From Lingula anatina (lineage: Eukaryota; Animalia; Brachiopoda): 64,000 nt of DNA. The stretch covers positions 5,394,001-5,458,000 of the forward strand of contig CM120640.1 of NCBI GenBank assembly GCA_051362555.1, read 5' to 3'. The position numbers and the translations under genes are program-made. The notes beneath the pieces are model-generated. The model was not told where the DNA came from, did no database searches, and saw only the letters and a program-made list of their open reading frames with translations. Below, piece by piece: positions 11,641 through 34,034 of the stretch (position 1 is the first letter of the stretch; every line of letters starts with the position of its first letter).

Positions 11641-14600
11641 TTTAAATTAAATGAGCCATGTAGATCTCAAGTAACAATGATAGGATGGGTGTCTGATAGA
11701 GTGCGTGTCGGCGCACCTAACACAATGAGCGAACTATTGATTTGGTACGGAACTCTTTATTTGAACTGATATAAATGTAACCTCTTACACCGAAAGCAGG
11801 TACTGACAAATCATTCTAAATCCACAAGCCTCAAGATATAAGCATCACGTTCTTCCATAGATGAATTTAATTAAAATGTGATTAATTCTAATCGATAGAA
11901 TGTGTTTATTCACGGTGAATAATTTGGGTCGATATAAGTTGAAAAAATACACCTAGGACTACTAATTAGATGTAAGAAGATGGTATGCATTTTAACATCA
12001 CCAGCAACATTTCTATTAAGTGCGATATGTCACGTTGACGGGGATTAAAAAGCTTCTGAAGACTCGTCTCTTAATCTTCGGGTAATTTCCCTCCATCGAG
12101 AATGAAATGGCGCGAAAGAATTCAAGTCATAGTAGAGGGTGATACTTAGTATGTCTTGATCTGTAAAATATGATTGACGTATTCATCGCCAACGCCTCCT
12201 TATTTTTCTGTCTATTTTTCTGACAGGTTAGACTGACATTTGCATCATTTGAGGTGAACTAGATGTTAATGGTAAATATTAAACTATATACTTAATGTGA
12301 ACAAGCATACGTGACATCACTTTGCCACCTGTTGTGGCAAACCTTGGTACAAATGTGTACAAGTCATTTACCATTAATTTTGGTTGCACGAAGAATGTAG
12401 ACGTACTTGATCAATCGATTATACCAGAAAAAAAGCAAACCATTTATTGTCCGCGTAATTCTATTAATTTTTTTCGCTTCTAAATATGGTTGAAAAACTT
12501 TTTTCTTTGACAAATGGGGCAGGGAATAAAACAGCATCTGCACGACCGATCTATTATGTTTGCTCCCGATGTCAAAGTTTTCGGGACTCATTGTTAAAGC
12601 ATAATGTAATATGCAATCAGATGCTTGTGCTCCCAGGGATGATTCAACGGCGCATACTCACTTAACAAAGTACAATACTTACTTAGGCGGGTTTAAATCG
12701 ATATGTTAGTTCTATCAAAACGCTGTCAAGCAATGTTTTTTCAGCTACGGTAATCTCAGCTTACATTTCATGTTCATTTACATGGGAATATACGCGATCA
12801 AAATGATAATAGATGTATAAGATATCATCGTGTGTGCCTAAAGGTTTATCCCTTAAAGAGTTTTAAAAAGTTAGTGCTACAGGGTGTGTTATGTTGCAGA
12901 GAAAGGATCTTAGACATTTTGTTGACTGCCAAAAAGTGAAAGGTAGACCAATGTGCACGAAGTCACACCAGTGTGATATAATGCGACAAAAAAGGATCGG
13001 GCCTGAGCATAATAATTCTTGCTTTACGGATAATTCATTAATCAATAAATATTTGAGTGTCAGAATGAAAAATATTTTTCGTAATGTATGAAATCATCCA
13101 GGTTGTCTTGCAAAATAAGAAGCTGCCTTTAGGAGAATTTTTCGGAAGCAAGGGAATTAAAGTGCGAACAGTCTTGTGCAAATGTATATGATAAAAAGCT
13201 GAGCTGCAAAGATATGGCGATTGAATAGATTGTATTATGTGTGCAGTGATGTGCTTGAAATGAAAGCTAAATAACTTAAGTTGTGACCAATTCGTAGCAC
13301 CCTGTTTACAATATTAATATATTACTCCAAGTCAAGCCCTTGGTTTCAGTGTGGTCGTTAAGTTCCTTTGAAAATCGCGCGGCCCTAGTGCCCAGTCAAA
13401 ATGATCTTTAATATCAACATTTTCAACATGGATTCTATTACAACGCGAACAAAAAGCGCTGCCAGCACTGTAACATGTCACTTCATTACCTTGCTGCATT
13501 ACCTAACGTGTGGCCAATGTGGATAAAAGTTTTGCCACATACGAGTCGATTAATACAGTGCACAAACACACAGACATTGAAACTAAAACACGTCCATTCT
13601 TCGCGGACACTCTCTTCCTTTCAGCGCATTATTTATCTGGCCCTGCAGAGGGTAAATATTGCATGTGTGTTTTGTGGCTTTGCGTAGGCTCCGATTCATT
13701 CACATTATTTGAGAGTTCATTTGGCCAATTTCTGAATTCCGAATTGTGTTTGCTTGCAACGTCGAACAAAGACAGGGCTCAAATTTGGCAGTAATGACCC
13801 TGCCCTCTGCTATTCATATATGTCACTACCTTTCTTGTGAAATATTTAGTAATTGCCTTCGAGATCAAAATAGTAAAATCGGTTGACACGAGAGCTCGCT
13901 CTGGAGCTCTCCATCGATCCGGTGTCTGTCATCACGTAACCCACGGAAACGTGAGGGTTGACATAGACTTATATCATATCTCTAAGCAACAGAACGTCCC
14001 GTACAGCACTTGTTGACGTTGGTTGTCCAATTTTAGGGACTTGCTCTTTCCACTCCAAGCCCAGGGGTGGATTTATGACTATAAGTGGATTTGAGGATTT
14101 GTGTCCATTAGTACTTGGGATTTATGTTGACGGCTTGCGGAACACGATTCTGTTGACAGAGGGTAGTCAAGGACTCGAGAGCTGTTTTAATTCCATGAAC
14201 ATCCTTAATACAACTTGGTGTGCGTTTTAATTTTTTCGACAAGCCGCAAGACAAGTCATAAAAACAACGTGCTTCGAAGAAAATAGACTCAATTAAGTCA
14301 CTTGAGCCGACATAAATGTCCATTATATGGAAAATTTATTGAGTGATGTTATTGTGGGAGAGCTATCGAAAAGATTAATTATACATACTCTAACTCATGT
14401 CAGCGGCGTTGATCGAATATCAGTACCTCTAGCCTCGTGGGATGCCGAGGAACAATTAAAGCGACTAAGCGGTCAATTGCAATAATATAGAGGTGATCGA
14501 TCTGGAAGGAAAGGGCAAATGAACTTTTAATCAAGGGAACAAGTTAACAGCAGGGAATAGTATACTTTATACAGGAATTAATAAGAAGATAAAAGTTGTG

Positions 14601-14780
14601 ACGACAGTAAGAAGTTGTTTCCGTGACTGTGAACCGTTTCCTGTTGTTGAGAGACATATGACTCCAGCACCGTTCAATCACACAAAAATACCGGTGACTC
14701 AGTATCAAGGTATGACCTAATAATTTGTCAAGAAGTCACTTGTAACTTTTTCCATATAAATATATTGAAGTGACATAAAC

Positions 14781-15389
14781 ATGATGAAGAAGGCCATCAG
14801 TGCCAGAGGTTCAAACAGTGCGGCCTCCAGTGAGAAAAGCATGGCTATTCTCACCAAAGCTGCCAGAAGTCCTGCCGCAGGCAAAGCCACATTGGCCCCA
14901 CCGCAGAGGGAGTCATCTACGTTATCCACGCCTCTGAAAGGACCGTCTCTCATGGGGATCTTGGCTGCCAGACGGTTTACCAACCGTCTACGTGAGACAG
15001 TCCGGGAAAAGAGACAACTACGGGAACAGAATGCAAACCTCCAGCCCACATACCGCATGGAACCCAGAAACAAGTTTCAGCCAGGTAAGGTTGAACGGGC
15101 AATCAAAGACGTGGTGGACCAGAGACTGGAGGGATGCAAATATAACCCCAGACTATGTAAGACTATGACACGAGTTCTGAGCGAAGAGGTTAAAGAAAAG
15201 GTGAAAGGGTTGAAATTCGACAGGTACAAATTGGTGTGTCTTGTGACAATTGGAGAGAAGAAGAGTCAACAGTTGATGGTGACAAGCCGCTGCACTTGGG
15301 ATACTAATTTCGATAATTATTCAACATACAACTTTGAAAATTCGAACTTGTTCTGTACTGTTACTGTTTACGGGATTTACGCAGAATAG
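14781..15389 (+). CDS. Tctex1-domain dynein light chain (TCTEX1D1/DYNLT5-like), single coding exon, 202 aa
   Basis: C-terminal Tctex-1 domain: PTYRMEP..KF...V, RYKLVCLVTIGE, SRCTWDTNFDNY, LFCTVTVYGIYAE. The exact paralog cannot be resolved. Confidence 0.9.
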   Translation: MMKKAISARGSNSAASSEKSMAILTKAARSPAAGKATLAPPQRESSTLSTPLKGPSLMGILAARRFTNRLRETVREKRQLREQNANLQPTYRMEPRNKFQPGKVERAIKDVVDQRLEGCKYNPRLCKTMTRVLSEEVKEKVKGLKFDRYKLVCLVTIGEKKSQQLMVTSRCTWDTNFDNYSTYNFENSNLFCTVTVYGIYAE

Positions 15390-18300
15390 ACTGAACAAAA
15401 GAAACATGAGCTAGAAGCCCCTATCTCGGATCAAATGACGTAAAGTAAAAAACCGGCGATGGGAAAAATCGCACAATTCAAACGTCTGCATTTTAGGAGG
15501 GAACTGATAAAATGCAGGCAAATGACTCAGGTTTATTGCCTGTTTTTCCAAGTTTGGTTAGTGCAACAGCTTGGTACAAATCACCTTTAAAAATTCTATA
15601 GTCGCGTTCCTAGCTGGATATCCCTCTAACTCAGAAAATGTACCGAGACAATGGATTTACAAGTACCTTATTGATACAAGTGCCTTGTCACTTTTTAGAC
15701 TTTTTTTAAGTAGATAGATTTTCAAGAACATGCGGGTTTTATATCGAAGTCTGTGTCAAACAATTTTTTTTGCTTAAGGAAAGATATTTTGATGGTTAAT
15801 GTATACGTATCAAAAGGCAAAAAATTCCAGATGCAATAACTGGTCCCCCAGATTTATACACGTAGTCGAGGGGGTATTTTAATAACACGCAAGTGGCTTA
15901 CGTCGTTTGACAATACCTTACATTACCGGCTTCATAATGGCAAATTGATTATATTGTCTAGAATTACAACAATTTTTACCATACAATTTTCAGTAACATT
16001 TGTAAAACATATTGAAGTATGGTTTTGAATTATTTATATTTAATTGCTTCATAAATCAATTAGAAGGACGTTGACTTGGTGATTTCTAATTGTCTTTCAG
16101 TGTTTATAACTCATTAAGTGCCTTCCCTGAAATATCATGAATATACTATATACAATAAGCGATAAGGTGACACACTATCTTGAATAAGAAAATTATATTA
16201 TCAATCAACGGGCATATCAGCATAGGCCTAAACTTAATTTTAGGCTATATGCTGTATGAGTAAGTATTGGAAACTGAAGTGGCTTAGTTAGGATTCAAAT
16301 TTTTTGTAGAAAAACAATATTAAATTCACTGTTTAGTGTAAAAAAAAAATGAATTAAAGCATTGCTTTAAATATAAGTGACATTTGTCTCTTATGATTTT
16401 GACATATCGATACATAATCTCAAAGCCAGTTCGTATATACGACCTCCTCAAAACATCAACATAAACCCCCTGTCAGTAACTAAGGTGGGGGATCAATAGT
16501 GAAGTGCCCTTCACGACAAGGTTTCACATCGCTGGTTTAGGTTACCAAAAGCAAACAAAAAAGTGAAATAAGAGTTGGGTTTGTCAATAGCTTTAAAAAT
16601 ACTGTCAACAAACTTAATTTTTGTAAAAAAAAGAAAATCGATGAAACCTAAACGAAATTTTTAGTGCGCCTAGATAATTTTCGGTAGAATATTGGCAGAC
16701 TTACACAACAATTATTCATAAGTTGATGACTATTTTACCCCGTCAAGCGCAATATGGAAAAGCGCATTTTACAAAGCAGTGGCAACGGTGCAGATAATAC
16801 ACTCCGCATTATATTAATTTACAGAGCAAAACATTTGAAAAAATATTTGATTGATTTATGCGATCATGCAGTTAGAGCGAACATCAACACTTCCCTTCAA
16901 AGAAAGTTTTTGTGCTCATCAAACATGTTAATTATTCAGCACACATTTCTGGCAGCAGAGAACAATGAAACCCGTCCAACACTGGCATAATGTACATCAA
17001 AGTCAATTCTACTTCGCTTAATGGAAGAGCAAATCTCATAATTTCCTGGTTTGTAAAAAGAACCGCCATGCAGCTCGGATGAAGAGGAAAGCCTTTTGTA
17101 CTGTATTTCAGTCTTTACAAATAACAGGGTTTGAATTGTCAAATAGCCGGGAAATTTAGAGTCGAAAAAAGTCGGGTAGTGCGTGCGACCAACATGGTAA
17201 GGGCGGTATTCAGACAGTCAACCTAAATTTGATAAAACCCTACTTCATTGGTTAAAAAGGACAAAAATTGATGCCTCGACACCGTTTTACCATACTGAAG
17301 TGTCAACTAAAGACGTCTGGGGTCTATGAGCTTCAGAAATAAGTGCCTATAATGTTAAATTCATAATAACATTATGTCCAAGATTCAGTCAAAGGGCGAT
17401 TAAAAAAACGTAGACGTACTGTATAGAATAGATCAGAGTTTGAAACTCCATGGAGAATGGCGAAAATGGACGCCATTAAAATTCATTATTTGTTCTTTTG
17501 TGCCAAAATTTCGTGTACGACTTCTCTGAGCCAATATTTGTAGATTGGAACGAGAACCTCGAGACAAACCGCACTATTAAGATCGTTTGAAATATCAAAA
17601 CACTAAACTGGGACCACGCGCTTTAATTGATAATCAATTACGTTAAATTGTGCATCAACACTGATCCCGACTCCCCTCAATATACCTAATATTTATGAAT
17701 AAAATATGTCCCTGCTGTCTGAAACTCGAAAAACATTCGTTTATAGACCAGATTGTTTATCCAAAATCATCCAATCAATGAACAACTTCTGGCATTGTTT
17801 AGTTATTTTTATTTCTGGCAAGCGTGTTATTAAAAAGCACCCGTGCTGTACACATAGTTCTTTCCATAAAAATGGTTGTAAAAATTTATTAAAAATACCT
17901 TACAATATATTCATATCATAGACAGATCTATAGCTAATGTGCATACCCTTAACATAAACTGAAAATAACACACAACAAAATACTTTGAATAGTATAAAAC
18001 AATTAGTAAAATTTAAAAATACTAAAGTGCAGTTAAAATGGATAATGGCATTAAAATTCTTTGAGCTTTTGAGCTCTGAGAGAGAACTGGTTTGAAAAAT
18101 ACCTAGATTTGTGTCATGGGACACTACAAATGTAATGTCCCTTAGAAGAGGATACTATGCATAAATTCACAATACTGGTTGTAAATATACCTGCACTAAG
18201 CCATTGTGAATGTATTCATGCATATCTTACTGCTTGTTCGGGCTTTAAAGCATTGTCATTGCACACAAAATCCCAGAATCAATACCAGGACACTTGTAGA

Positions 18301-18878
18301 AAAAGCAAAATTATAATTGCAAAATACTGCACATTGCCTTTGCATTATTTGCATTCATCTTAATGCTGCATGTGGAACATGAAAAGTCAATTATTGCAAT
18401 TCAACAAAATAAAGTGCCATTAAGAATTGACCCTTTGTATGTATGCCACCATTTTGTCACTAATAAATGGAACAAAACTAAGCAAATCTAAAAAATGCAG
18501 CAGTATATTTTGTAAATTAGAATTCTGTATAATGACAACAACAAAAAAATTACACATCTAACACTACTTTTGTAAGTTAAATTGTGTTTTGTACTGTTTA
18601 CACCTCTACATAAAAAATGCTGAATACAAAATGATATAATAACCATTTTCACACATGTAAAGAAACTACTTACCATCCATTCAGGCTGTGTAAACAGACC
18701 AAATGAATTTTTCAAAACTAAATTTGCCTTTCTAGTAGCTAGGCAGCTCTTTATCATACATAATTTTTCTTAAAACAAAAATGAAAAAAAAGGAGGAAGA
18801 ACGGTTTTGGAACTTTAATACTCTAGTAAAATACTAATGAGTGTACAAGAAGACATCTTAACATACTAGTATATTGGC

Positions 18879-27114
<8,236 letters not shown>

Positions 27115-27239
27115 TAGCTAAATCGTACTTATCATGCTTATCATAAACATTGCCTATTTTAATCGATTGGCAGGTCTTGGTCACATGACTGGCACGTGAT
27201 ACATGTGTAGAACGTACAGCACGGTTGGTAAACCGCAAA
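27115..27239. promoter_or_regulatory. Compact bidirectional promoter between ppd and HSD17B14
   Basis: 125 bp between opposed ATGs. ATTGG (reverse CCAAT) at 27166-27170, GTCACATGAC at 27180-27189, CACGTG at 27193-27198. Confidence 0.65.
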
Positions 27240-30200
27240 ATGGCTCTAAGGTACAAAGACAAAGTTACGATAGTAACCGGTGGATCAAAAGGCATCGGAA
27301 AAGGCTGCGTAGAAGTTTTTGGTGAGTTGTAAATGTTTGTTCTAAGTGATTTTTGTTTATCACAATTCAGGCCCGTAGCCAGCAATTTGAAAGGGGGGGT
27401 TCTTTTTCTGAAAAAGTGGACCTTTTACCATATAATCCCCATGTACCTAGGTCAAATTTTACCCAGAATGGACCTTTTTCCAGCAAAAAGGGGGGTTCTT
27501 TCGAACCCCCCGAACCCCCCTGGCTACGGGCCTGCAATTTTACCAGAAGTCTACGCGATGTAGTGAGCGAGCACATCGCTGCAGGTGCCCTTATCTGCTA
27601 CTTACAAGTTGTATTGCGCCTGCCGTTATAAACGGAGGCAACTTAACAATCTTGAGTAGGTTTTACTGGCGGACCTGTGCCAAGCCGCACTGATTAAATT
27701 ATAAGCTTTTTCATTATATTTTTGATATATCGGTGATACTTTGTAGTTTATCCGTAGGCAGTACTCGTACTGGCACATGCACTAGTTTCCTAGGCTGTGT
27801 TTATTTTATTTTTCATTTAGCAATTTTGCCTGGTTTGGTTAAAGAAACGGTTGAAATAAATCTGAAGTATACAGTATTTCATAGCCTGTTTATTTATGTT
27901 TCAAAGGGATGTTACATTCTTTAGTTTTAAGTTATAAAAGCGATATTGATCTTCAAAATGATTATCATGGGAGTTGGACTAGCAGGGTATTTCATGCGTT
28001 GGCACTCCAGTTGACGATTTTCAGGTGTACGCTGCGTGCATGTACATATCAAAAATTGTTAACAGGTGTTCTAACACATGGATATCATGCTAGAGAAGGA
28101 CATAAAGGAGGAAGGAGAGGAATCAAAAGGACTAAAATATACCGAGGAATTACATAACCTTCCATCCTTGAATCAACTAACCTTCCAGTGTTATCAGTAT
28201 TTGAGTCAATAAAACGTGTTCTGTGAGTAACTTTCTTCCTTCGGACAGCTGTTTTGAGTTCCTGAACCTCCAACAGTTGTTGTTTAAAGTACTACTTCGA
28301 AATTTGTAACCTAATCTCTAGACGGATGCAGACTGTCATGTCAGTCAGTACCAGACTCCTGACTTCCAGCAGAGAATCACTCAAGACTTCATAAATTTAA
28401 CTAAAATGCCATTATTAAAACTGAGCTGCATATATGATCAAGACAACTCAAAAACACTCAAAAGAACCTGTAGTACAAAACCAAATACAGGTAAACATGC
28501 ACCAGTATTCCAGTAATGTGGGACAGAAAAAAATTGTATTACAGTGATATATTACATGCATGCAATAAATTAAGTTATTTTATCTTGGACTTATTTTTTC
28601 AGTGAGGCATGGAGCAAAGGTTGTTTTCTGTGCAAGAGGAGGTAATAGTTTTTAATTTTATACAACTAATGATTGTCTTTAATTTAAACCAGAATAAAGT
28701 TTTAATGCATGGTCTTATTTCAGTATTATCACACATTTACATGTACATACCTGTAAAGGTCAGTTTCACCCATATGGTTAAACACATACTCAGAATCTGA
28801 ATTATTTTAAAAACTGTCCCATATATACAATATGGGGCCGTAGCAATAGCCTGAAGGTTCAATAGTCTGAACGTTCATTGGTCCAAATGTTCACTATGGA
28901 ACCTTCGGACCAATGAACCCTTGATTAAAAAAACGATCAAAATGTTACCATTTTTCGGACCAATCAAGATTATCAAGACGCCCCTACAATACTGGTATAA
29001 TATAATGAGTTTCACATTATGTCAATGCAAATACACACAGGTAACTTTCCCATTAATGATTCATAGAAAAAGAAGCTTTACTGCATGTAGACAAATATAC
29101 ATTAGAGTGTACCTCTGAATAAACTACATTATAAATAGCTATCTAAGTTATAGCAAGGAGTTACAAAAGTTGTGACTCCTTGGTTATAGGGAAATATACT
29201 TTCGCATAATTTGTTAAGTACCAACTATACAGTATACAAAGTTTTAAATATGCATGTACCAGTCTAAAAATACTGGGGTTGGTCTGAGTTGATGTACTTT
29301 GTGCAATCTGCACTCTTTTGTGCAGTTATGAATTCAGTTTTGAATAATGCAACCTGTACGGACAGTTCTGTTGCATAATGAATTGAGTCCCCTTCCAGAT
29401 TAGTATTATAAAGATTTTCTCATTCTGAGCTTACCCTTCAAACAATTTGTTTGCTTTAGCCCTGATCAACATACATGTTGAGCACAAAACTAGACAGGTG
29501 CACAGCAAGCACACAATAATCTTTTCAATTAAACAGGTCTGCTAAGGATTATAATTAAGCTATTTTGTTCTGTTATGCAACTGCCCAGACATTGTGTTCA
29601 GTAAGACTGGGTTCCCATACCTAGATCAATCTAACAGGATCGATCCATCTGTAAGGGGTTTCTCACTAAATTGCTTTCAGCTTAAGAGGCTAAGATGTCT
29701 GGCACACCTACTTAAGCTGCTAAACAATAATAATTACCCTTAGCAGCTTCAGTAGGCATGACAGACATCTAAGCCGCTTAAGTTGATTGCAATTTAGCAA
29801 GAATCCCACAAAAAGAAGCTCCCTCCCACCAAAAAAAAAAAAAAAAAAAAAGGAAAAAAAGTGGAGTGGGGGTCCTTTGGTTATCTTATCTTACTACCTC
29901 ACAACTTTTAAGTAATAAAACTTCAGACTGATTATGGAGATGAAAACTGAAGGATTTATTACATTTAAAAGATTAACAATCATACCAGTGCACTGTTTAT
30001 TGGTGTTTTATTTAGCATATGAAAGGAAAACTTTGAAGATTATCTCAAACTAAATTAATTTTTTAATATAATAAATGCACAAAAATTGCCATAGCATAGC
30101 TTTCAAATCTCAAAAGTTTAAACAATAGAATTGATGACACATCTCTTCATAAATTTTGGGTTGTTTCTTTTAGAAAAAGATGGAAAAGCAGTTGAGGCTG

Positions 30201-33045
30201 AAGTGAATGCCAAGGGACCTGGAGAGGCAACATTTATTCCTTGTGATGTCACAAAAGAAGACCAAATCATGGTTAGGAATATTATACATGGCCTGTATAT
30301 CTGTGTGCCAGTTTTATGCACATCACTTTGACCAATTTGCTTTACATGTTTTCATGGATTAAAAAATCACTTCTTTTCTTTGTACAGATAAATGTTAACA
30401 ATAGTTACTAGTTGGAGACTGAAGATGCTCTCCAGCAGAGGCATGGAAATCCTTTAATTTTGTTTAAGTGCTGTTATTTAATTTTCTCTGAAAATCAGCT
30501 TATTTTTACTTGGACAATTTCCCAACTAGCTATTTTCCATAAAATTTTATTTACATTAACATTATATTCATATTAACCATTTTAGAATGTGATTGACCAG
30601 ACTGTTAAAAAATATGGAAGGATAGATTGTCTGATCAACAATGCTGGCAGACGTAAGTTTTTATAATGTATGGCCCCATATATTCAATCAGAAGTTCAAT
30701 TTTGTCTAGGGATGGGGAGAAAGAGTTGGTCTGAAGGGCTCCATTCAGAATGAGAAGATCCAAGTGCTAACTGGTCCACGGCTTAAATATGGTGGACCTA
30801 CTTGAAAGGTAGACCACTTCATCCAGTAATAGTCTCTCAGCCTCTTACACGCCTCCCCACACGTCGTCCCGGCAGGGGCACAGTAATTAAATCTTGCCTC
30901 CATTCGACCAGATTCGTGGGGAGGCATGTGAGAGGCAGAGAGATGATCACAGGACTAAGCGGTCTTACTTTCATGTAGGGTCCGCCATATTTAAGCATTG
31001 GACCAGTTGATACTCAGATCTTCTATTCTGGCCCCAAGGTTCATTAGTTGGAAGGTCCATTTTGTGTTCTAAATTTTTTATAATGGCAATTGTTCTAAAA
31101 AAAATCCAGAGTACTGCACTCACATTTCTTTACCAACTTAAACCAGTTTTGTACTACAGAACTTATCAGAAGGGTTCCAATAAAGGTACCTAGGAAAAAA
31201 GGCTGTAATTACTCTTGTGTAAAAGTTAATGTATTGAAAGAAAGGTCTTTCTTTTAAGAAGTAGCCTGCCCTTCCAATCTGTCACTGTCTTAAACTTATG
31301 AGCATCCATATTTCAGATCCACCATTTCATCCAATTGATGATTTTAGTGCAGAAGATTTCAGACAACTTTTGAATATGAATCTGGTTAACTACTTTTTGT
31401 TTGCTAAGGTGCGTATCTTTCTGTCAACTCAGCACGAAATTGCTTAGAGATTGAAAATAAGAAATGAAGAATACAAAATAAGAGTTGTGTTCTGATATGG
31501 GTTACAAATGGTTCATTTTTTAAATAAATCAATTAAATTAGTCTAATTTAATAAATAAATCAAATTAAACAAGTTTCCCAAAATTTCCTATAGTTTTGTT
31601 TTCTTTACTATAGTACTCTCTACCTCATCTGCGAAAAACTCAAGGCAATATTATTAATGACTCAAGCCTTGTAGGACAGATTGGGCAGCTGGAGGCAGTG
31701 ACTTATGTTTCCACCAAGGTACAGGACTTCTACAGTTTATACTTCCTCACTACGTGCCTATTACATCATCATGACTTGGGGGCATAACTTCACAAATTAC
31801 TGGGTCACAAACAAACTTGTATTTTACGATCTTAATGTAATCCATATGCTCCACACTGAAGCCTTATTTACCTGATAGAAGAAGGTTGAATGAAAAACAA
31901 ATCATTTTGATTTTGGTGCAAAATATTGCATTAAAAGAAAAAAAATTAATGGTAACCTCCAGTTTATTCTACGCCTGATCAACCCCCAATGAAAAACCTG
32001 TAAATATACATTTCAAGGCTTTTATCTCCACTTGACCTTAGCTGAGTGATATCTGTTGCATGCATTAATTATTTGGTTTTTTACTTTTCAATAGAAAATG
32101 CAATATAAGACCAGAGGTATAAATTGCATTATTTATATTATAAATGGACAGCAAGGTACACATGTGCAATCAGTGAAAAAATGAAACAAAGGGAGCATAA
32201 GTTTGATAAATGGTTAACAAAAATATATTTTCTTTTAAATTTTCAACAATTTCCAATTATTACACATTGTTACATATATATATTATAGATTGATTTTTTG
32301 ACCTATACTTGAAATTTCAGGGTGCAATAACTGCAATGACCAAAGCCTTAGCAATTGATGAAGCCAAGTATAATGTCAGAGTAAACAGGTAATTATATAA
32401 ACTATGATTCTAGTCAAAAATTGCACCAATATGCACAACATACTTAAAATTACAATGTTAATATATTGAATGAACTTAACTTACCCAAATTAAAAATTTT
32501 AAAGACAAATGCATTGTGAGCTATACACTTGATTATCTTTATATTCCCCAGCATTGCTCCAGGCAATATCTGGACTCCCATGTGGGCTGAGGGGGCTGAA
32601 TCTACTGAGAATGCTGAGGCAACAGTTAAAGCTGGAGAGAATTGTCAGGTATAATATTTAAAAAATATTTATCATGATAGTAACATTTTCGGATATCATT
32701 ATATAGCAAAATTTTTATGTAATCTATAAATGTTTCTACAGAAAAAATTCTAGCTACTTGTACTGTTTGTATTGAACTGCAATTTTAATTCTTTTTCAAT
32801 ACAAGTTACACTACAAAAGTTTTATGATCATGTTCTTTTGTGAGAGGAGGTTGAGCAAATTTGGTTTAAATTCAATATTACAGTTGCTGGGGCGTATGGG
32901 CACCATAGAAGAGAGTGGACTTGCCTGCCTGTACTTGGCAGCAGATGCAACCTTCTGTACTGGCATAGAACTCAACCTTTCAGGAGGGGCTGAGCTCAGC
33001 TATGGAAACAAGTCCAGAATGTCTGGAAAAGGGGTCTATGACTAA
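27240..33045 (+). CDS. HSD17B14: 17-beta-hydroxysteroid dehydrogenase 14 / L-fucose dehydrogenase (classical SDR); exons 27240-27321, 28603-28641, 30174-30271, 30586-30652, 31317-31408, 31614-31718, 32321-32388, 32552-32648, 32884-33045
   Basis: Rossmann motif [29 protein letters not shown], catalytic [15 protein letters not shown], and LGRMGT...[25 protein letters not shown]. Splice phases are consistent. Confidence 0.92.
27368..27534. mobile_element. 167-bp MITE with perfect 15-bp TIRs
   Basis: CAGGCCCGTAGCCAG...CTGGCTACGGGCCTG with CAATT on both flanks. Confidence 0.8.
29656..29807. mobile_element. Hairpin (fold-back) MITE-like element in HSD17B14 intron 2
   Basis: 58-bp core arms (29666-29723 and 29740-29797) are reverse-complementary with about 9 mismatches around a 16-nt loop. 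Confidence 0.7.
30746..31030. mobile_element. Fold-back MITE-like element in HSD17B14 intron 4
   Basis: AACTGGTCCA..GCTTAAATATGG(T)GGACC pairs with GGTCC(G)CCATATTTAAGC..TGGACCAGTT. Complementarity continues inward to GCCTCCCCAC / GTGGGGAGGC. Confidence 0.7.
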
Positions 33046-34034
33046 AAGGAGGAATCTTGATTTGGCTATTAGAATAATATTGGTGCCAAAAAATTACAAC
33101 ATGCAGTCTGATAATCATTGTCTTGAATGGTTCTGCCTTTTTTTCAACTGGAATGAACATGATCATTGTTTTCTTCATTTTATTTTAATTAATATGACCA
33201 TATAGTCCTTTATGTACACTGCCAGTGCCATGAATCTATACTCATATTATACAAAATATATTCAGAAAATGGCGTACATTGGTCAATTTTAGAGAACTGT
33301 ATTACTTTATATGAATTTAAGGACAATATTTACAATTGCAGTTTTAGTAGAGTCTTATCATTAAGTTGTGATTAATACCTTTATGTATAAACATGCTTCC
33401 TATACAAATACATTATATATATCATCATGACAATCTAAATAAATTGTTCAGTTTAGAAGAAAACTTTGGGACAAGATTTGTGATTTGTGTCCTGTGATCA
33501 TCTTCAACTTCAAAAGAACAGGCTGTAATGTTTGTTCAGTTTAACATAAAAAACTGCAGTGACACATTACATTTTGTGCAATTGTAAAAAGTATACAAAA
33601 ACAATAAAATTAAAAATGCTCTAGTCTACTTCAAAACTGTCTCAATATCTAAATTATTACCATATCATATCAAATGTAAATCTTGACTCTACAATGTATG
33701 TGCATAAATGATTCTCATTAATGATATCTCTCTTGCCCTTTTTAACACACTCTTTCTTTTCTTTCTAATGTTTATTTGTAGAACGTGTACTGCATCTGAA
33801 ATCATACTCATATGGAGATCTTATTGCACATCAGTCTAAGAAAGCAGAAAATTTCCAGGATACTCCATGTGCAAATCTTTCTTATCAAATGGTATACACA
33901 AAATAATTGTTATCTTGGATATCTTCCATTGAAGTTTTTTCTAATTCAGTTTAATGTACTTTGCAATCCATCCATTCATGTTCTGAAATCTCTGGCATTT
34001 GTGTGATATCATAAAAGTCATCACATCGTTTTTC

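Noticed and set aside
12878-13306. TACAGGGTG...CACCCTGT ends suggesting a Tc1/mariner MITE
   Set aside because: Only about 8 bp are complementary and the right flank lacks the TA duplication.
16480-17680. Possible decayed Kolobok-like element (AGGTGGGGGATCA...TGATCCCGACTCCCCT)
   Set aside because: The terminal match is too degenerate, with no clear TTAA duplication or coding remnant.
28850-28975. Short GTTCATTGGTCC / GGACCAATGAAC inverted and tandem motifs
   Set aside because: Probably a MITE fragment, but its boundaries could not be fixed.
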